A stretch of DNA of 64,000 nt, from the NCBI GenBank assembly GCA_003551495.1, contig PUMT01000262.1, positions 4,293 through 68,292 on the forward strand. Reading direction: 5' to 3'. The notes under the pieces are model-generated. The model did not search any database and was not told the origin of the DNA. It saw only the letters and a program-made list of their open reading frames with translations. Below are positions 1-9,976 of the stretch, in pieces. The stretch comes from Bacteroidota bacterium (lineage in GTDB: Bacteria; Bacteroidota; Bacteroidia; Bacteroidales; PUMT01). Every line of letters begins with the position of its first letter. Position 1 is the first letter of the stretch. A program made the translations under genes and the position numbers.

Positions 1-53
1 AAGTGAGGAGAAAGTTGCACGATATAAAAAATGTTTTCTCTGGAAACAGCAAT

Positions 54-2393
54 CTAAAACGGATACCCTATCCCGATATTTATGGTTACATCATTTGAAA
101 AGCTGAAACCCCGGTTTGGATGGATCCACCTTTCGCCCGGAGGCTCGATGGGATCCCTGAGCTTTAATCCGGTATCAATCCTGAACAGGAAAAAATTAAA
201 ATCAAAACGAAAACCAAAGCCGGTTCCCACTGCAATTTCATCATAAAACCTGTTGAAACGAAAGAGCGCCCCTTCGCGTCTGTCACTTCTGTTGATTGCC
301 CAGATATTTCCGGCATCAAGGAACATTGCCCCCTCCAGGACCCAGAACATGTCAAACCGGTACTCAAGATTTGCCTCAAGCTTTATATCTGCCGTCCTGT
401 TAGGAAATGTACGGTCAACAGGGTCATGGAACGATCCCGGGCCGAGCGAGCGAACCTGCCATGCCCTAATGCTGTTGGCACCACCTGAAAAATACTTTTT
501 CTCAAAGGGCAGTGCCTCTGAATTACCGTATGGAATACCAGCACCGGCAAAAAACCTGCCTACAAGTGTGTTATCCTGACTTAATTTCCAGTAATATCGA
601 AAATCAATATCTGACCGCACAAACTGGGCAAAAGGATTACCCAGTATATTGTATGTGCCGTTCTCCCTTTCCAAGTCAGTAAGATTGGCTATGGCTGAAA
701 AAATATTCCCGCCCACTTCCAGATTGGTTCTGAAGTAGACGAAATCACGCCTTCTCCTTATATCCTGGTTATTGAAAATAAAGCTGTAATTTGTTTCAGA
801 AACAAGATGGTCGCGGAAACTCGCCTGTAAATTGTAAAGTGTTATCAGCGAATCAAATTCGGGGGTAGAAGCAGGGAGCTTAACAAAATTAAACTCTGCA
901 GGTGTTAATATATGAGTGGTATATTCAGACCCCTGCCATTCATAGCTAAACCCAAGGTTTACTATTGTACGGGTATAATCGGGTCTTTGCTGGTAATTGT
1001 ATGCTGCGGTAATTTTGGTCCTGGGATTGTAACGCCTTGTTCTGGTAACAGACCCTATGTCCGGCAAAAACCCGGGAAACTGCATATTAGCATCAATACC
1101 GTATTCGTATGTGTTATCGAGCGATGTTCCTTCATACCCCTGCAGCGATTCTACAGATCCTTTCAGTTTCAGGTTCAGTATCTCAGCCCCTCCAAAAATG
1201 TTCCTGTGCTGATACATGAAATTGCCCCCGAAACCGAAGTCACCCGACGAGTTAGTACCCTCCAGTTCAACTGTATATGACTGCCTTGCAAAGGGAGTAA
1301 GCTGCAGGTAACAGTCAAGTTTGCCCTTTGAACCGGTATCATTCGTGCCCTCTTCAGCCTGTTCCCTGAAGCGGATATTTATCAGTCTGAAATGACGCAG
1401 GGAAAAAAGGTGGCGATATGTCTGGTCAACACTTTCCTTGCTGTATATCTCACCAGGGAAAATAAAAAGTGACTGTGCTATAACTCTTGGATTAACTTTA
1501 AGGTCGCCTTTGTGAAGAAAATACATATCCCTGTATACTGTAGTGTCAAAATCTGCATAATATTCTTCCTGCTGCGACAATGCTTCCCTTGGACTGTAAT
1601 CGGTATAGATGAATATCCTGTCGATATTGTAGCGTTTGTGGCTGACTGACTCGTAAGTGTTGTTTGCAAGCCTTCTTGTGTATTTCTTAATCCCGACTGT
1701 CAGATCAACAATTCTGCGGCCAGCTGTGGTGTCGGCTTCAAAATATATGAACTCCCTGTTGAAATTGTAATAACCCAGATTCCTCAGGTACTCTTCTATC
1801 CTGTTGCGTTCTTCCTGAAGAATATCCACATCGAATATTTCGCCCTGCTGCAGAAGGCTGTTTGCTGTGTCGGCGATAATTACATCCTCGAGTCCCTTGT
1901 CTTCAAGGTCATAATAAATATTGTTCAGGCGGAATGGTTCATTGGCCTCGATTGTATATTTAACACGCGCTCTCTGGCGGCGGAACCTGACGGTATCTTC
2001 AACCTCGGCATGGAAATAACCTTTGTTCCTTAAATACTGTTCTATCTGACGAACTGAACGTCCGGTTTCAAATGGGTCGAATACAACCGGCTCCTCGCCT
2101 ATCCTCCTCAGCCAGTTATGAGGCCAGCCCTCTTTTTCAGGGTTAGACAAATTGTAAAGCATAAGGTTAAAAGGTACGCCAAGAATCCTGGTGTTGGGTT
2201 CCTGCCTCAGATAACCCCTTACCTCGCTCCTGTCAATCTGCCTGCTGTCAGTTCTTACCCTTGACCTTGTCAGCAGATAATCATCTTCCGGCACATGGCG
2301 CGTCATGGCGCACGAAAAAAAAAGCAGTGACAGTGCCAGGCATCCTGTCAAGCTGGATAAAATGTGAACAATATATTGTTTTTGAAAATTCAA
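54..2393 (-). CDS. BamA/TamA (Omp85) family outer-membrane protein with POTRA-like N-terminal region and C-terminal surface-antigen beta-barrel
   Basis: 779-aa ORF. It has an N-terminal hydrophobic signal (LSLLFFSC). The long C-terminal part has an alternating beta-strand pattern and ends in ...GIGYPF (aromatic terminus). The architecture resembles Omp85 proteins. Confidence 0.7.
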   Translation of the reverse strand: MNFQKQYIVHILSSLTGCLALSLLFFSCAMTRHVPEDDYLLTRSRVRTDSRQIDRSEVRGYLRQEPNTRILGVPFNLMLYNLSNPEKEGWPHNWLRRIGEEPVVFDPFETGRSVRQIEQYLRNKGYFHAEVEDTVRFRRQRARVKYTIEANEPFRLNNIYYDLEDKGLEDVIIADTANSLLQQGEIFDVDILQEERNRIEEYLRNLGYYNFNREFIYFEADTTAGRRIVDLTVGIKKYTRRLANNTYESVSHKRYNIDRIFIYTDYSPREALSQQEEYYADFDTTVYRDMYFLHKGDLKVNPRVIAQSLFIFPGEIYSKESVDQTYRHLFSLRHFRLINIRFREQAEEGTNDTGSKGKLDCYLQLTPFARQSYTVELEGTNSSGDFGFGGNFMYQHRNIFGGAEILNLKLKGSVESLQGYEGTSLDNTYEYGIDANMQFPGFLPDIGSVTRTRRYNPRTKITAAYNYQQRPDYTRTIVNLGFSYEWQGSEYTTHILTPAEFNFVKLPASTPEFDSLITLYNLQASFRDHLVSETNYSFIFNNQDIRRRRDFVYFRTNLEVGGNIFSAIANLTDLERENGTYNILGNPFAQFVRSDIDFRYYWKLSQDNTLVGRFFAGAGIPYGNSEALPFEKKYFSGGANSIRAWQVRSLGPGSFHDPVDRTFPNRTADIKLEANLEYRFDMFWVLEGAMFLDAGNIWAINRSDRREGALFRFNRFYDEIAVGTGFGFRFDFNFFLFRIDTGLKLRDPIEPPGERWIHPNRGFSFSNDVTINIGIGYPF

Positions 2394-2502
2394 TTTGATC
2401 GGAAGAATTTGCCAACAAAAATAATTATATATATTGCAACTGCAATATTATAACTTTGACAGGGCATCCATTATTATGCCTTTTTTATTAAACAACAGAA
2501 AC

Positions 2503-3282
2503 ATGCCCGGAAAAACCAGGATAAAACTTATCAGGTCTCTTAAAGATAAAAAAAACAGGAACAGGCACGGGCTTTTCATAGTGGAGGGGGATAAAACGGT
2601 AAAGGAACTTCTTTTATCTGACTGGAAAGTGCATTCGCTTTATGCCACAGAAGAATGGCTGAAAGAAAATCCTGTTAAAGGAGATTTTGATGTTTTTCCA
2701 GTTAATGAGTCAACACTCAGGCGGATAAGCCTCCTTAAAACACCAAACCATGTTTTGGCTCTTTCTCATCTTAAGGAAGCTGATCCCGGAAAGATAAGCT
2801 GCCATGGCAATTTGACCCTTGTATTGGATAATGTTCAGGATCCCGGCAACCTGGGAACACTTGTAAGGGTATGCGACTGGTTCGGGATAAGATATATAAT
2901 CTGTTCGGAAAACTGCGCAGATATTTATAACCCTAAAGTGGTGCAGTCTGCTATGGGTAGCATATTCAGGGTAAAGGTCGGATACACATGCCTGAAAAGA
3001 TTTTTTTCCTCCCCGCAAAATAAAAAAATTCCTGTATACGGTGCTTTCCTTGACGAGGAAAGTATATACAGTCACACGCTGGGAAAAAGCGGTTTTATCC
3101 TGCTTGGTAATGAATCCAGAGGTATCTCACCCGCGATATCCGGTATGGTAGATTTCCGGATTACCATTCCCTCCGCCGCGTATAGTGGTGATTCATCCGA
3201 ATCACTCAACGTTGCTGTTGCAGGGGGAATAATTATTTCTGAATTCCGCAGAAAGCATTTCTTTGGTCAGGACGACGGGTGA
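2503..3282 (+). CDS. TrmH/SpoU family RNA 2'-O-methyltransferase
   Basis: SpoU-type motifs are present: VLDNVQDPGNLGTLVRV, LLGNESRGIS and ESLNVAVAGGIII. The ORF opens at 2434, but the Met at 2503 (MPGKTRIKLIRSL) is the more plausible start. Confidence 0.8.
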   Translation: MPGKTRIKLIRSLKDKKNRNRHGLFIVEGDKTVKELLLSDWKVHSLYATEEWLKENPVKGDFDVFPVNESTLRRISLLKTPNHVLALSHLKEADPGKISCHGNLTLVLDNVQDPGNLGTLVRVCDWFGIRYIICSENCADIYNPKVVQSAMGSIFRVKVGYTCLKRFFSSPQNKKIPVYGAFLDEESIYSHTLGKSGFILLGNESRGISPAISGMVDFRITIPSAAYSGDSSESLNVAVAGGIIISEFRRKHFFGQDDG

Positions 3283-3292
3283 TATCGGAATG

Positions 3293-3985
3293 CTACTCAA
3301 AATGGAATGAGAAAATTACAAGGTTGGAGCCAAGCCTTTCTATGGCATTCTGAAAGCGCGGCTGACTGTTGGGTGTGTAGTCAATCACATTCATCAGACC
3401 CTTGGCAAATTTCAGTTCGGTTGAGAACTTGAAATAGGGAAGATAAAAGTCTATTCCAAACCCAATTTCAAGGTAAGTGTCAAAAGGCTTCAGCTTAAGA
3501 TATACATTGTCATCCTCACTGAAATTTTTTGCAAGGTCGTAACGGAAATTAACACCTCCAATAATATATGGACGGTAATTGTTGATCCGGACTGACTTGT
3601 ATTTAAAAATTAACGGCACCTCAATAAATGAGGACTCCAGTTTCTGGCTGTTAACCAAAACCGAATCCGAGTAGTAGTCTATTTGCCTTTGGCCGAAGGC
3701 AATGCCTGGTAAAACACGAAAATCCAAAAAATGTCCCAGCTTGAAATTTGAAACAACATTGATGTTGAATCCCGGACTGAGTATGCTAACTTCAGGAAAC
3801 AGATCATCCTCCACTGCAAAGTCTGATGGGAGTATCCTGAAGTCCATTGTATTCAGTCCTATTGTAAACCCGAAATGCAACGGCTTCTGATCATGCTCGG
3901 GAATGTTTCTGACATGGACTCTTTGAGCCACAGAAGCTGCAAACGGGAATATCAGCAAAAATATGACAATAACTGCTCGTCTCAA
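3293..3985 (-). CDS. Small outer-membrane beta-barrel protein (PorT / OMP_b-brl_2-like)
   Basis: 230 aa with a signal peptide (FPFAASVAQ). Short amphipathic strands (HFGFTIGLNTMDF) run to a terminal FHFE. The family call is from memory only. Confidence 0.5.
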   Translation of the reverse strand: MRRAVIVIFLLIFPFAASVAQRVHVRNIPEHDQKPLHFGFTIGLNTMDFRILPSDFAVEDDLFPEVSILSPGFNINVVSNFKLGHFLDFRVLPGIAFGQRQIDYYSDSVLVNSQKLESSFIEVPLIFKYKSVRINNYRPYIIGGVNFRYDLAKNFSEDDNVYLKLKPFDTYLEIGFGIDFYLPYFKFSTELKFAKGLMNVIDYTPNSQPRFQNAIERLGSNLVIFSFHFE

Positions 3986-4113
3986 TTAATCCTGATTTGA
4001 TTAGTATTACATAACCTCCATGGCAAAAATAATGAAAAACACGAGGTGTGGGCATATTTGACTTATTTATTTTTTTTGCCAAACTTTGTGTCCACAAAAA
4101 AAAGATTCAGGAC

Positions 4114-4869
4114 ATGCAAACTGCACTTATAACAGGCTCAACAGCAGGCATTGGAGAAGCAACTTCAAAATTGCTGGCACGTAATAATTTCAGACTTATA
4201 ATTACAGGCCGCAGAGAAGAAAAACTTGAAAATCTCCGGAATGGCCTTCAGCAATATACAGAAATCCTCCCGCTTGCTTTCGACATACGCAACCGCAATG
4301 AAGTTGAAAGCGCATTGGACTCTCTGCCTTCAGAATGGCAGGAAATAGATGTGCTGATCAATAATGCCGGACTGGCAGCAGGACTCGATTTCATTAACGA
4401 GGGGAGCATGGAAGACTGGGAGAAGATGATTGACACAAACATAAAAGGCCTTTTGTATATTACCCGTAAAATAGCTCCTTCAATGATAGGGAGAAAGAAG
4501 GGGCATATTGTAAATATCGACAGTATTGCAGGGAAGGAAGTGTATGAGAAGGGAAATGTTTACTGCGCCACCAAACATGCAGTGGATGCACTATCCAAAG
4601 GTATGCGGATTGACCTTCTACGGCACGGTATAAAAGTTTCAATGGTTTCGCCAGGACTTGTTGAAACAGAATTTTCACTTGTCAGATTCAAGGGGGATAG
4701 CAAAAAGGCAAGCATGCCGTACCAGGGAATTGAACCTCTGACCGGGGATGATGTTGCCGAAGCAATTTTGTTCGTACTGACAAGACCGGCACATGTTAAT
4801 ATAAACGATATAATATTGACTCCTTCTGCACAAGCCAATTCAATATACATAAACCGGCAAAATGGGTGA
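4114..4869 (+). CDS. Short-chain dehydrogenase/reductase (YdfG-like NADP-dependent SDR)
   Basis: Cofactor motif TGSTAGIGEA, NNAG, and catalytic YCATKHAV (YxxxK). The ORF opens at 4048, but the Met at 4114 sits directly in front of the Rossmann motif. Confidence 0.85.
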   Translation: MQTALITGSTAGIGEATSKLLARNNFRLIITGRREEKLENLRNGLQQYTEILPLAFDIRNRNEVESALDSLPSEWQEIDVLINNAGLAAGLDFINEGSMEDWEKMIDTNIKGLLYITRKIAPSMIGRKKGHIVNIDSIAGKEVYEKGNVYCATKHAVDALSKGMRIDLLRHGIKVSMVSPGLVETEFSLVRFKGDSKKASMPYQGIEPLTGDDVAEAILFVLTRPAHVNINDIILTPSAQANSIYINRQNG

Positions 4870-4949
4870 AAAATATAATATCAGCCCTTTATAAAACAGA
4901 ATAATGGAAACAGCCGTTACTTTGTAAAGCCATCTTAAACCAAAATATT

Positions 4950-5051
4950 ATGGGAAAAGGTGACAAGAAGACCAGGAAAGGCAAGATCTTCAACAAAAGC
5001 TACGGTGCAAGAAGACCGGGCAAAAAAAAGAAAAATTTTCAATTATCGTGA
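4950..5051 (+). CDS. 30S ribosomal protein bTHX (33 aa, below the ORF-track cutoff)
   Basis: Hand translation gives MGKGDKKTRKGKIFNKSYGARRPGKKKKNFQLS*. It is very basic and starts with the MGKGD.KT.KGKIF pattern I recall for Bacteroidota THX. Its TGA stop (5049-5051) overlaps the GTG start of mnmA at 5048. Confidence 0.7.
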   Translation: MGKGDKKTRKGKIFNKSYGARRPGKKKKNFQLS

Positions 5052-6238
5052 TTAAAAGGATCGTTGTTGGATTGTCGGGTGGTGTTGATTCAAGCGTTGC
5101 CGCATACCTTCTGCAAAAAGAAGGTTATGAGGTAGTGGGGCTTTTTATGAAAAACTGGCACGATCCGCAGGGCACAATTTCCGGGGACTGCCCATGGCAT
5201 GACGATCTGATGTTTGCCAGACTTGCAGCAAAAAAACTGGGAATACCCTTTCACACAACCGACCTGAGCAAACAATACCGGAGTCAGGTGGTAGATTACA
5301 TGTTTTCCGAATACCGCAGGGGGCGAACACCTAACCCTGATGTGCTTTGCAACCGCGAGATCAAATTCAGCCTTTTCATTGAAGAAGCCCTTAAGCTGAA
5401 TGCAGATTATGTGGCAACCGGTCATTACTGCGGAAAGAAAGAGATACGAATCGGTGAAAAGACAATATACCGGCTTTTGGCTGGCAGGGACAGGAAAAAA
5501 GACCAGAGTTATTTTCTTTGCCAGCTGAGTCAGGATCAGCTTAAAAGAGCCATATTCCCACTTGCAGGTCTGACCAAGCAGGAAGTGAGAAATACAGCAG
5601 CCCGGCTTGGGCTTCCGACAGCAGAGAGAAAAGACTCCCAGGGCATATGTTTTGTCGGGAAAGTAGAGCTCCCGGTATTTTTGCAACAAAAGCTTGAACC
5701 TGAAAAAGGGGACATAATAGAAATACCCCGCAGTCATTACAAAAACCATATTCCTGAAAAAAAAGACCTTCCACTGGAAGATTTTCTCGAAAGGGTTGCT
5801 TCACCCTGCAGGTACAGGCCGGAGCACGGGATAAAAATAGGGGAACACAGCGGTGCATGGTTCTATACGGTTGGTCAAAGGAAAGGGTTGAGCGTGGGGG
5901 GCAGGAAAGAACCACTTTTCGTAATCGGGACTGATACCGGACAGAATATTATATACACAGGTGAGGGCCATTCACATCCGGGTCTCAACCGGAAAGGACT
6001 TTTCATCAGAAAAGAGGATGTTCACTGGATACGTGAAGACCTGAAGTTAAATAATGGGGAAAGCGGAGAATACCTGGTGCGGATACGATACCGGCAGCCA
6101 CTCCAGAGGGCAGCCCTTTACATGAGGGAAAACGGACTTTATATAGTATTCAGGGAATTGCAGAGAGGTATTGCGCCCGGACAGTTTGCTGCCTGGTACA
6201 AAGAAGACGAGTTGCTCGGATCGGGAGTAATTGAATAA
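5048..6238 (+). CDS. mnmA: tRNA 2-thiouridine(34) synthase MnmA
   Basis: PP-loop GLSGGVDSS, NPDVLCN and QGICFVG motifs. 396 aa, a typical MnmA length. Confidence 0.9.
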   Translation: MIKRIVVGLSGGVDSSVAAYLLQKEGYEVVGLFMKNWHDPQGTISGDCPWHDDLMFARLAAKKLGIPFHTTDLSKQYRSQVVDYMFSEYRRGRTPNPDVLCNREIKFSLFIEEALKLNADYVATGHYCGKKEIRIGEKTIYRLLAGRDRKKDQSYFLCQLSQDQLKRAIFPLAGLTKQEVRNTAARLGLPTAERKDSQGICFVGKVELPVFLQQKLEPEKGDIIEIPRSHYKNHIPEKKDLPLEDFLERVASPCRYRPEHGIKIGEHSGAWFYTVGQRKGLSVGGRKEPLFVIGTDTGQNIIYTGEGHSHPGLNRKGLFIRKEDVHWIREDLKLNNGESGEYLVRIRYRQPLQRAALYMRENGLYIVFRELQRGIAPGQFAAWYKEDELLGSGVIE

Positions 6239-6246
6239 ATCCCCTG

Positions 6247-7005
6247 TCAATGCAAAAGACCTTTTAACTCTGCAGCAAGCTTGCGGACTCCTTTGGTAAA
6301 GATAAGGTTGTCAATAGAAACACATACAAGTGTGTAGCCAATGTCGATATACCACTTTACAGCCTCTGCATCAGCACCGAATATCCCGGCAGGCTTGTCT
6401 GCCTTTTTGCAGATTTCAGAAACCTTTTCAATAGCTTCCTTTACTTCGGTTGCACCAACCTCCCCCGCCATACCCATACTGGCTGAAAGATCGTAAGGCC
6501 CGACAAAAACTGCATCAACTCCCGGAACCTCCACTATGGTGCCTGCATTCCTGACCGCTTCAATATGCTCCACCTGTACAACCACAACCACATCATCATT
6601 TGCTTTATTGATATATCCGGCGAAATCCATCCCGTAACCGTGTGCACGTGATATGCCTACACTGCGCCTGCCGTCAGGGGGGTATTTACAGAATGAAACA
6701 GCCTGCGCGGCTTCCCGGGCAGTTTTAACCTGGGGAACGATAATTCCCCTGGCACCTGAATCGAGAGCACGCTTGATCCATATTTCGTCATTCAAAGGCA
6801 CCCTTACCATGCAGTCAGTTGTACTATCGGCAACCTGCAGGATCCTCTGCAGGTCACTCAATTCAAAATTTCCGTGCTCCCCGTCAACAAAAAGCCAGTC
6901 AAATCCGGCATGTGAAAGTATTTCAGCAATTTCGGCTGAAGGAAACGACAGCATTGTCCCTAACAGCTTTTCCTTTCTTTTCAGACGTTCTTTGAATGGG
7001 TTCAT
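6247..7005 (-). CDS. HpcH/HpaI family 2-keto-3-deoxy-acid aldolase
   Basis: 252 aa. The TIM-barrel aldolase pattern includes DGEHG, VRVP and VQVEH, typical of the HpcH/HpaI family. Substrate is not assignable. Confidence 0.75.
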   Translation of the reverse strand: MNPFKERLKRKEKLLGTMLSFPSAEIAEILSHAGFDWLFVDGEHGNFELSDLQRILQVADSTTDCMVRVPLNDEIWIKRALDSGARGIIVPQVKTAREAAQAVSFCKYPPDGRRSVGISRAHGYGMDFAGYINKANDDVVVVVQVEHIEAVRNAGTIVEVPGVDAVFVGPYDLSASMGMAGEVGATEVKEAIEKVSEICKKADKPAGIFGADAEAVKWYIDIGYTLVCVSIDNLIFTKGVRKLAAELKGLLH

Positions 7006-7230
7006 GAGAAAATATTAAAATTAAATAATTGGCCTCATGTATCTTACCATGACAATATTTTGACCTTCGGTCGATTTTACACGTAAATTATTTGCGCTTC
7101 ATGCATAGCACATATGATGTAAAATTCATTGAATTTTGTGAAGATATTGAAAATATCGTCATGGACGATTCATCTCTGGGTATTTTAAATATTAAGGATA
7201 ATCCGGTAATTTTTTACAGTTGTACCACTC

Positions 7231-7752
7231 CTATTTTTCATTTTCAGGATCACTCCCTTCATTAACGTCTTTCCTGCCATCATCGTGCTTGTCATCTTTC
7301 TCATCCGAACTGTTTTTTGAGTCCTGTTCTTCACCAGTTTTCCCGGCTTCCTTCTCTTCTTCCTCCGGACGGAGCATTTCCAGACTGTGCAGTATATTGT
7401 ACCAGTGGATTATCTTTTTAATATCCGAAACATATACCCGTTCCTTATCATAGCCGGGCATCACCTCAGCCATATAAGCCTTTAGCTCTTCAGGGGAGGA
7501 TTTGTGACTTATAGCCTCACCCCCATTTTCCTTTTCATAAATAAGGGAAAAAACCTTCGAAAGAGGCACCTCATCAGAAGTTGTAAATATCTGAATATCC
7601 TCAAGGGCCAATACTTTAAGGGAGGCATGGGCATTCATGCGCTTACCGCCCTCAAGAGGCTCAACTATAACGCTGTTGCGGCCTTTTGATATAAATTTAA
7701 ATAACCCGGGTTGTCCCGAGATTGCCAGAATATCTTTTAGTTCCATAAGCAA
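7231..7752 (-). CDS. Conserved hypothetical protein (DUF5606-like) with strongly acidic C-terminal tail
   Basis: 173 aa. The N-terminal LKDILAISGQPGLFKFISKG resembles a Bacteroidota-conserved family. The C-terminus is an E/D/K-rich low-complexity tail. Confidence 0.5.
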   Translation of the reverse strand: MLMELKDILAISGQPGLFKFISKGRNSVIVEPLEGGKRMNAHASLKVLALEDIQIFTTSDEVPLSKVFSLIYEKENGGEAISHKSSPEELKAYMAEVMPGYDKERVYVSDIKKIIHWYNILHSLEMLRPEEEEKEAGKTGEEQDSKNSSDEKDDKHDDGRKDVNEGSDPENEK

Positions 7753-7815
7753 ATATATATTTAAAACAATTCTTATTGTTCAACCCACTTCATTGTATGT
7801 GCCGGTTATCCGGGA

Positions 7816-8409
7816 TCACCTGTAATTTCCGCTCCGGAACCTTTTATCAAGGTCCAGGATCACCGGCAGAACAGGATTATTGCCGTCATTAAGCAAAACA
7901 GTGCCGGCTAACCTGCTCTTTTCACCGTCAGGCCACTGGTTTATCATTCGCCTCTCAACACTTTCCCTGTCAACCCCGTCGCGTTGCATAACCCTGTTTA
8001 TTCTCTGTTCAACAGGAGCTGTGACAAGTATTACGTGATCCAGCTCCCTGTAAGTCCCTGTCTCAAAAAGAATTGCCGACTCCTTCACCAGATAAGGGTA
8101 AACTGTCATTTCAGAAGCCCATTTGACAAAACGCATTGCAACTGCAGGATGGACAATACCGTTGATCTTGTCCAGCAGCTCAGGGTTACTGAAAACAATA
8201 GCTGCCAGCCTTTTGCGGTCAAGTCCTTCAGTTGTGTAAATATTGCTGCCGAATTCTCTCTTTATTGCATTCCTGACTACCGGATCGTTCTCCATTAACA
8301 CCCCTGCTTCTTTATCAGCATTGAAAACAGGTGCGCCCAGCACCTCAAAAATCCGGCAAATGACCGATTTCCCGCTACCAATTCCTCCTGTAACACCTAT
8401 CCTTAGCAT
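7816..8409 (-). CDS. coaE: Dephospho-CoA kinase
   Basis: P-loop GVTGGIGSGKS at the N-terminus; 197 aa. The start overlaps the upstream stop as TAATG. Confidence 0.9.
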   Translation of the reverse strand: MLRIGVTGGIGSGKSVICRIFEVLGAPVFNADKEAGVLMENDPVVRNAIKREFGSNIYTTEGLDRKRLAAIVFSNPELLDKINGIVHPAVAMRFVKWASEMTVYPYLVKESAILFETGTYRELDHVILVTAPVEQRINRVMQRDGVDRESVERRMINQWPDGEKSRLAGTVLLNDGNNPVLPVILDLDKRFRSGNYR

Positions 8410-9455
8410 TATTTTTCAATGATGAAATCAACTGTTTGGGGACTGAATCTCATACCCCTTATAAAATCGGGATATCTTGAAAGGTTTACCGGCAGCCTTC
8501 TCAGTTCCTCTTTAAGCAGTATTTCATAATCAACATAGGCTTGAAACTGTTGACGGCGCACCTTTTCATAATAGCTCAACGGAACAAGATATGAAACCCT
8601 TATTTCTGCAGGAAATATTTTCAGTACAAACCCTTCAGGTACATTGACTGTTTCGATCGGAACAGTTATTGATGCCTCGGTAAACTGTTCGACAGGCACG
8701 TTAACCCTGACACTTTCCTCCGAAAAGCGCAGGTATTTTTCCGGACGCAGCAAAACATCGGTTACAACAGTACGGTCAACCTGCTCTTTTGCCAAAGGTT
8801 CAGTAAAGACAAGTTCAAGAGTGTCCATAACCGATTCGGGGCCTGAAACTGTAACCGTATCCGGATCCAGGGCGACAGGTCCGCTCTGCATATATTGTCG
8901 CCTGAACTCAATTTGCAGATCCGCCTTAACCGGAAGCTTGCGGGAAACGACTTCGGAAAAGTGAAAAAACAATGTGTCGGGCAGGATCTCATTGATCTCA
9001 ATATCGGCTCCCAGTTGTCCCGATATTTTGGATTTTGCCACACTGCTCAAAATGAAAAATGTATCACTTTCGTCTGAAACACGGTTCAGGGAAAAAGAGT
9101 TTACATCGAAAATAATTGGAAGGAGCCTGCTGCTGAGCCTGTACCTCAATAATGTGTATCCGTTCCCTCTGACATTGAGTATCAGGTTTTCGGGCAACTC
9201 ACCTACCAGCACCTTGTTCTCAGGGAAATTGGTGTATCTTACCGGATAGCGCATATCGGTAGTATAATCCTTGCCAAGCATGCTCAGGAACCAGAAAATA
9301 GTTGATACAACAAGGAAAAAAAGAAATACAAGCAATTTTTTGTTGAACCTGTCCTTATCTTTCCTTGCAAGTCTGGTAAACGGTTTTATCAATCCTGTAT
9401 CCAATCCGGTTCGTATTGGGTTAAAAAAGGATCCGGAGTAATTGCAAACAGGCAT
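8409..9455 (-). CDS. YbbR-like domain membrane-anchored protein
   Basis: 348 aa with a single N-terminal TM helix (LLVFLFFLVVSTIFWFL) followed by repeated beta-rich modules. It sits between yajC and coaE, as in other Bacteroidota. Confidence 0.55.
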   Translation of the reverse strand: MPVCNYSGSFFNPIRTGLDTGLIKPFTRLARKDKDRFNKKLLVFLFFLVVSTIFWFLSMLGKDYTTDMRYPVRYTNFPENKVLVGELPENLILNVRGNGYTLLRYRLSSRLLPIIFDVNSFSLNRVSDESDTFFILSSVAKSKISGQLGADIEINEILPDTLFFHFSEVVSRKLPVKADLQIEFRRQYMQSGPVALDPDTVTVSGPESVMDTLELVFTEPLAKEQVDRTVVTDVLLRPEKYLRFSEESVRVNVPVEQFTEASITVPIETVNVPEGFVLKIFPAEIRVSYLVPLSYYEKVRRQQFQAYVDYEILLKEELRRLPVNLSRYPDFIRGMRFSPQTVDFIIEK

Positions 9456-9479
9456 GAACTCCGGATATAAGCATTAATA

Positions 9480-9803
9480 TCAGCGCTGCTGTGCAGAAAG
9501 ATCGGTTGGATCCTTCAGGATAGCGCTCTTGTCAACCTTAAGCTTAACCTTGTCTTCCACCTCGATGGTTACAACGTGATCGGAAATATCATTAACTCTC
9601 CCGTATATTCCTCCGGTGGTAATAATGCGGTCTCCCTTCTTGAGCTGGTTACGGTATTCACGCAATTCCTTCTGCCTTCTCATCTGGGGTCTTATCATAA
9701 AAAGGTAGAATACAAGTATTATAAGCAAAAGTGGCAGAAAAGAAACAAGTGGGTTCTGGCCCTCCTGAGGGGCCATCAGCAAAACAAACATTAAATTCAT
9801 CAT
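9480..9803 (-). CDS. yajC: Preprotein translocase subunit YajC
   Basis: TM helix followed by IRPQMRRQKE...LKKGD.IIT.GGIYG, the YajC signature. The ORF opens at 9842, but the Met at 9803 gives the usual length. Confidence 0.8.
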   Translation of the reverse strand: MMNLMFVLLMAPQEGQNPLVSFLPLLLIILVFYLFMIRPQMRRQKELREYRNQLKKGDRIITTGGIYGRVNDISDHVVTIEVEDKVKLKVDKSAILKDPTDLSAQQR

Positions 9804-9976
9804 TTTATTATCAATTTTTAAATTAACTGTGATATTGGGCAACTCTGTATCAATGTTTTAAATCAATTCCGCAGCGGCGTAAATTCAATCCGGCCATGGA
9901 CAACCTGCAAAGTAATAATAATTTTAAGATAACAGCAAATATGAAAAAAATAGCATTTGATAACTAAATACCGGGT

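Noticed and set aside
5090-5749. 219-aa ORF antisense to mnmA. Similar long antisense ORFs occur at 12683-13153 (vs feoAB), 16310-17104 (vs mgtE), 24856-25518 and 24214-24726 (vs the GH3 fusion), 61321-61860 (vs GNAT) and 52153-52497.
   Set aside because: Each lies fully inside, and opposite to, a gene with unambiguous family motifs. Their translations are low-complexity or Cys/Phe/Leu-rich with no recognisable features. They are shadow ORFs.
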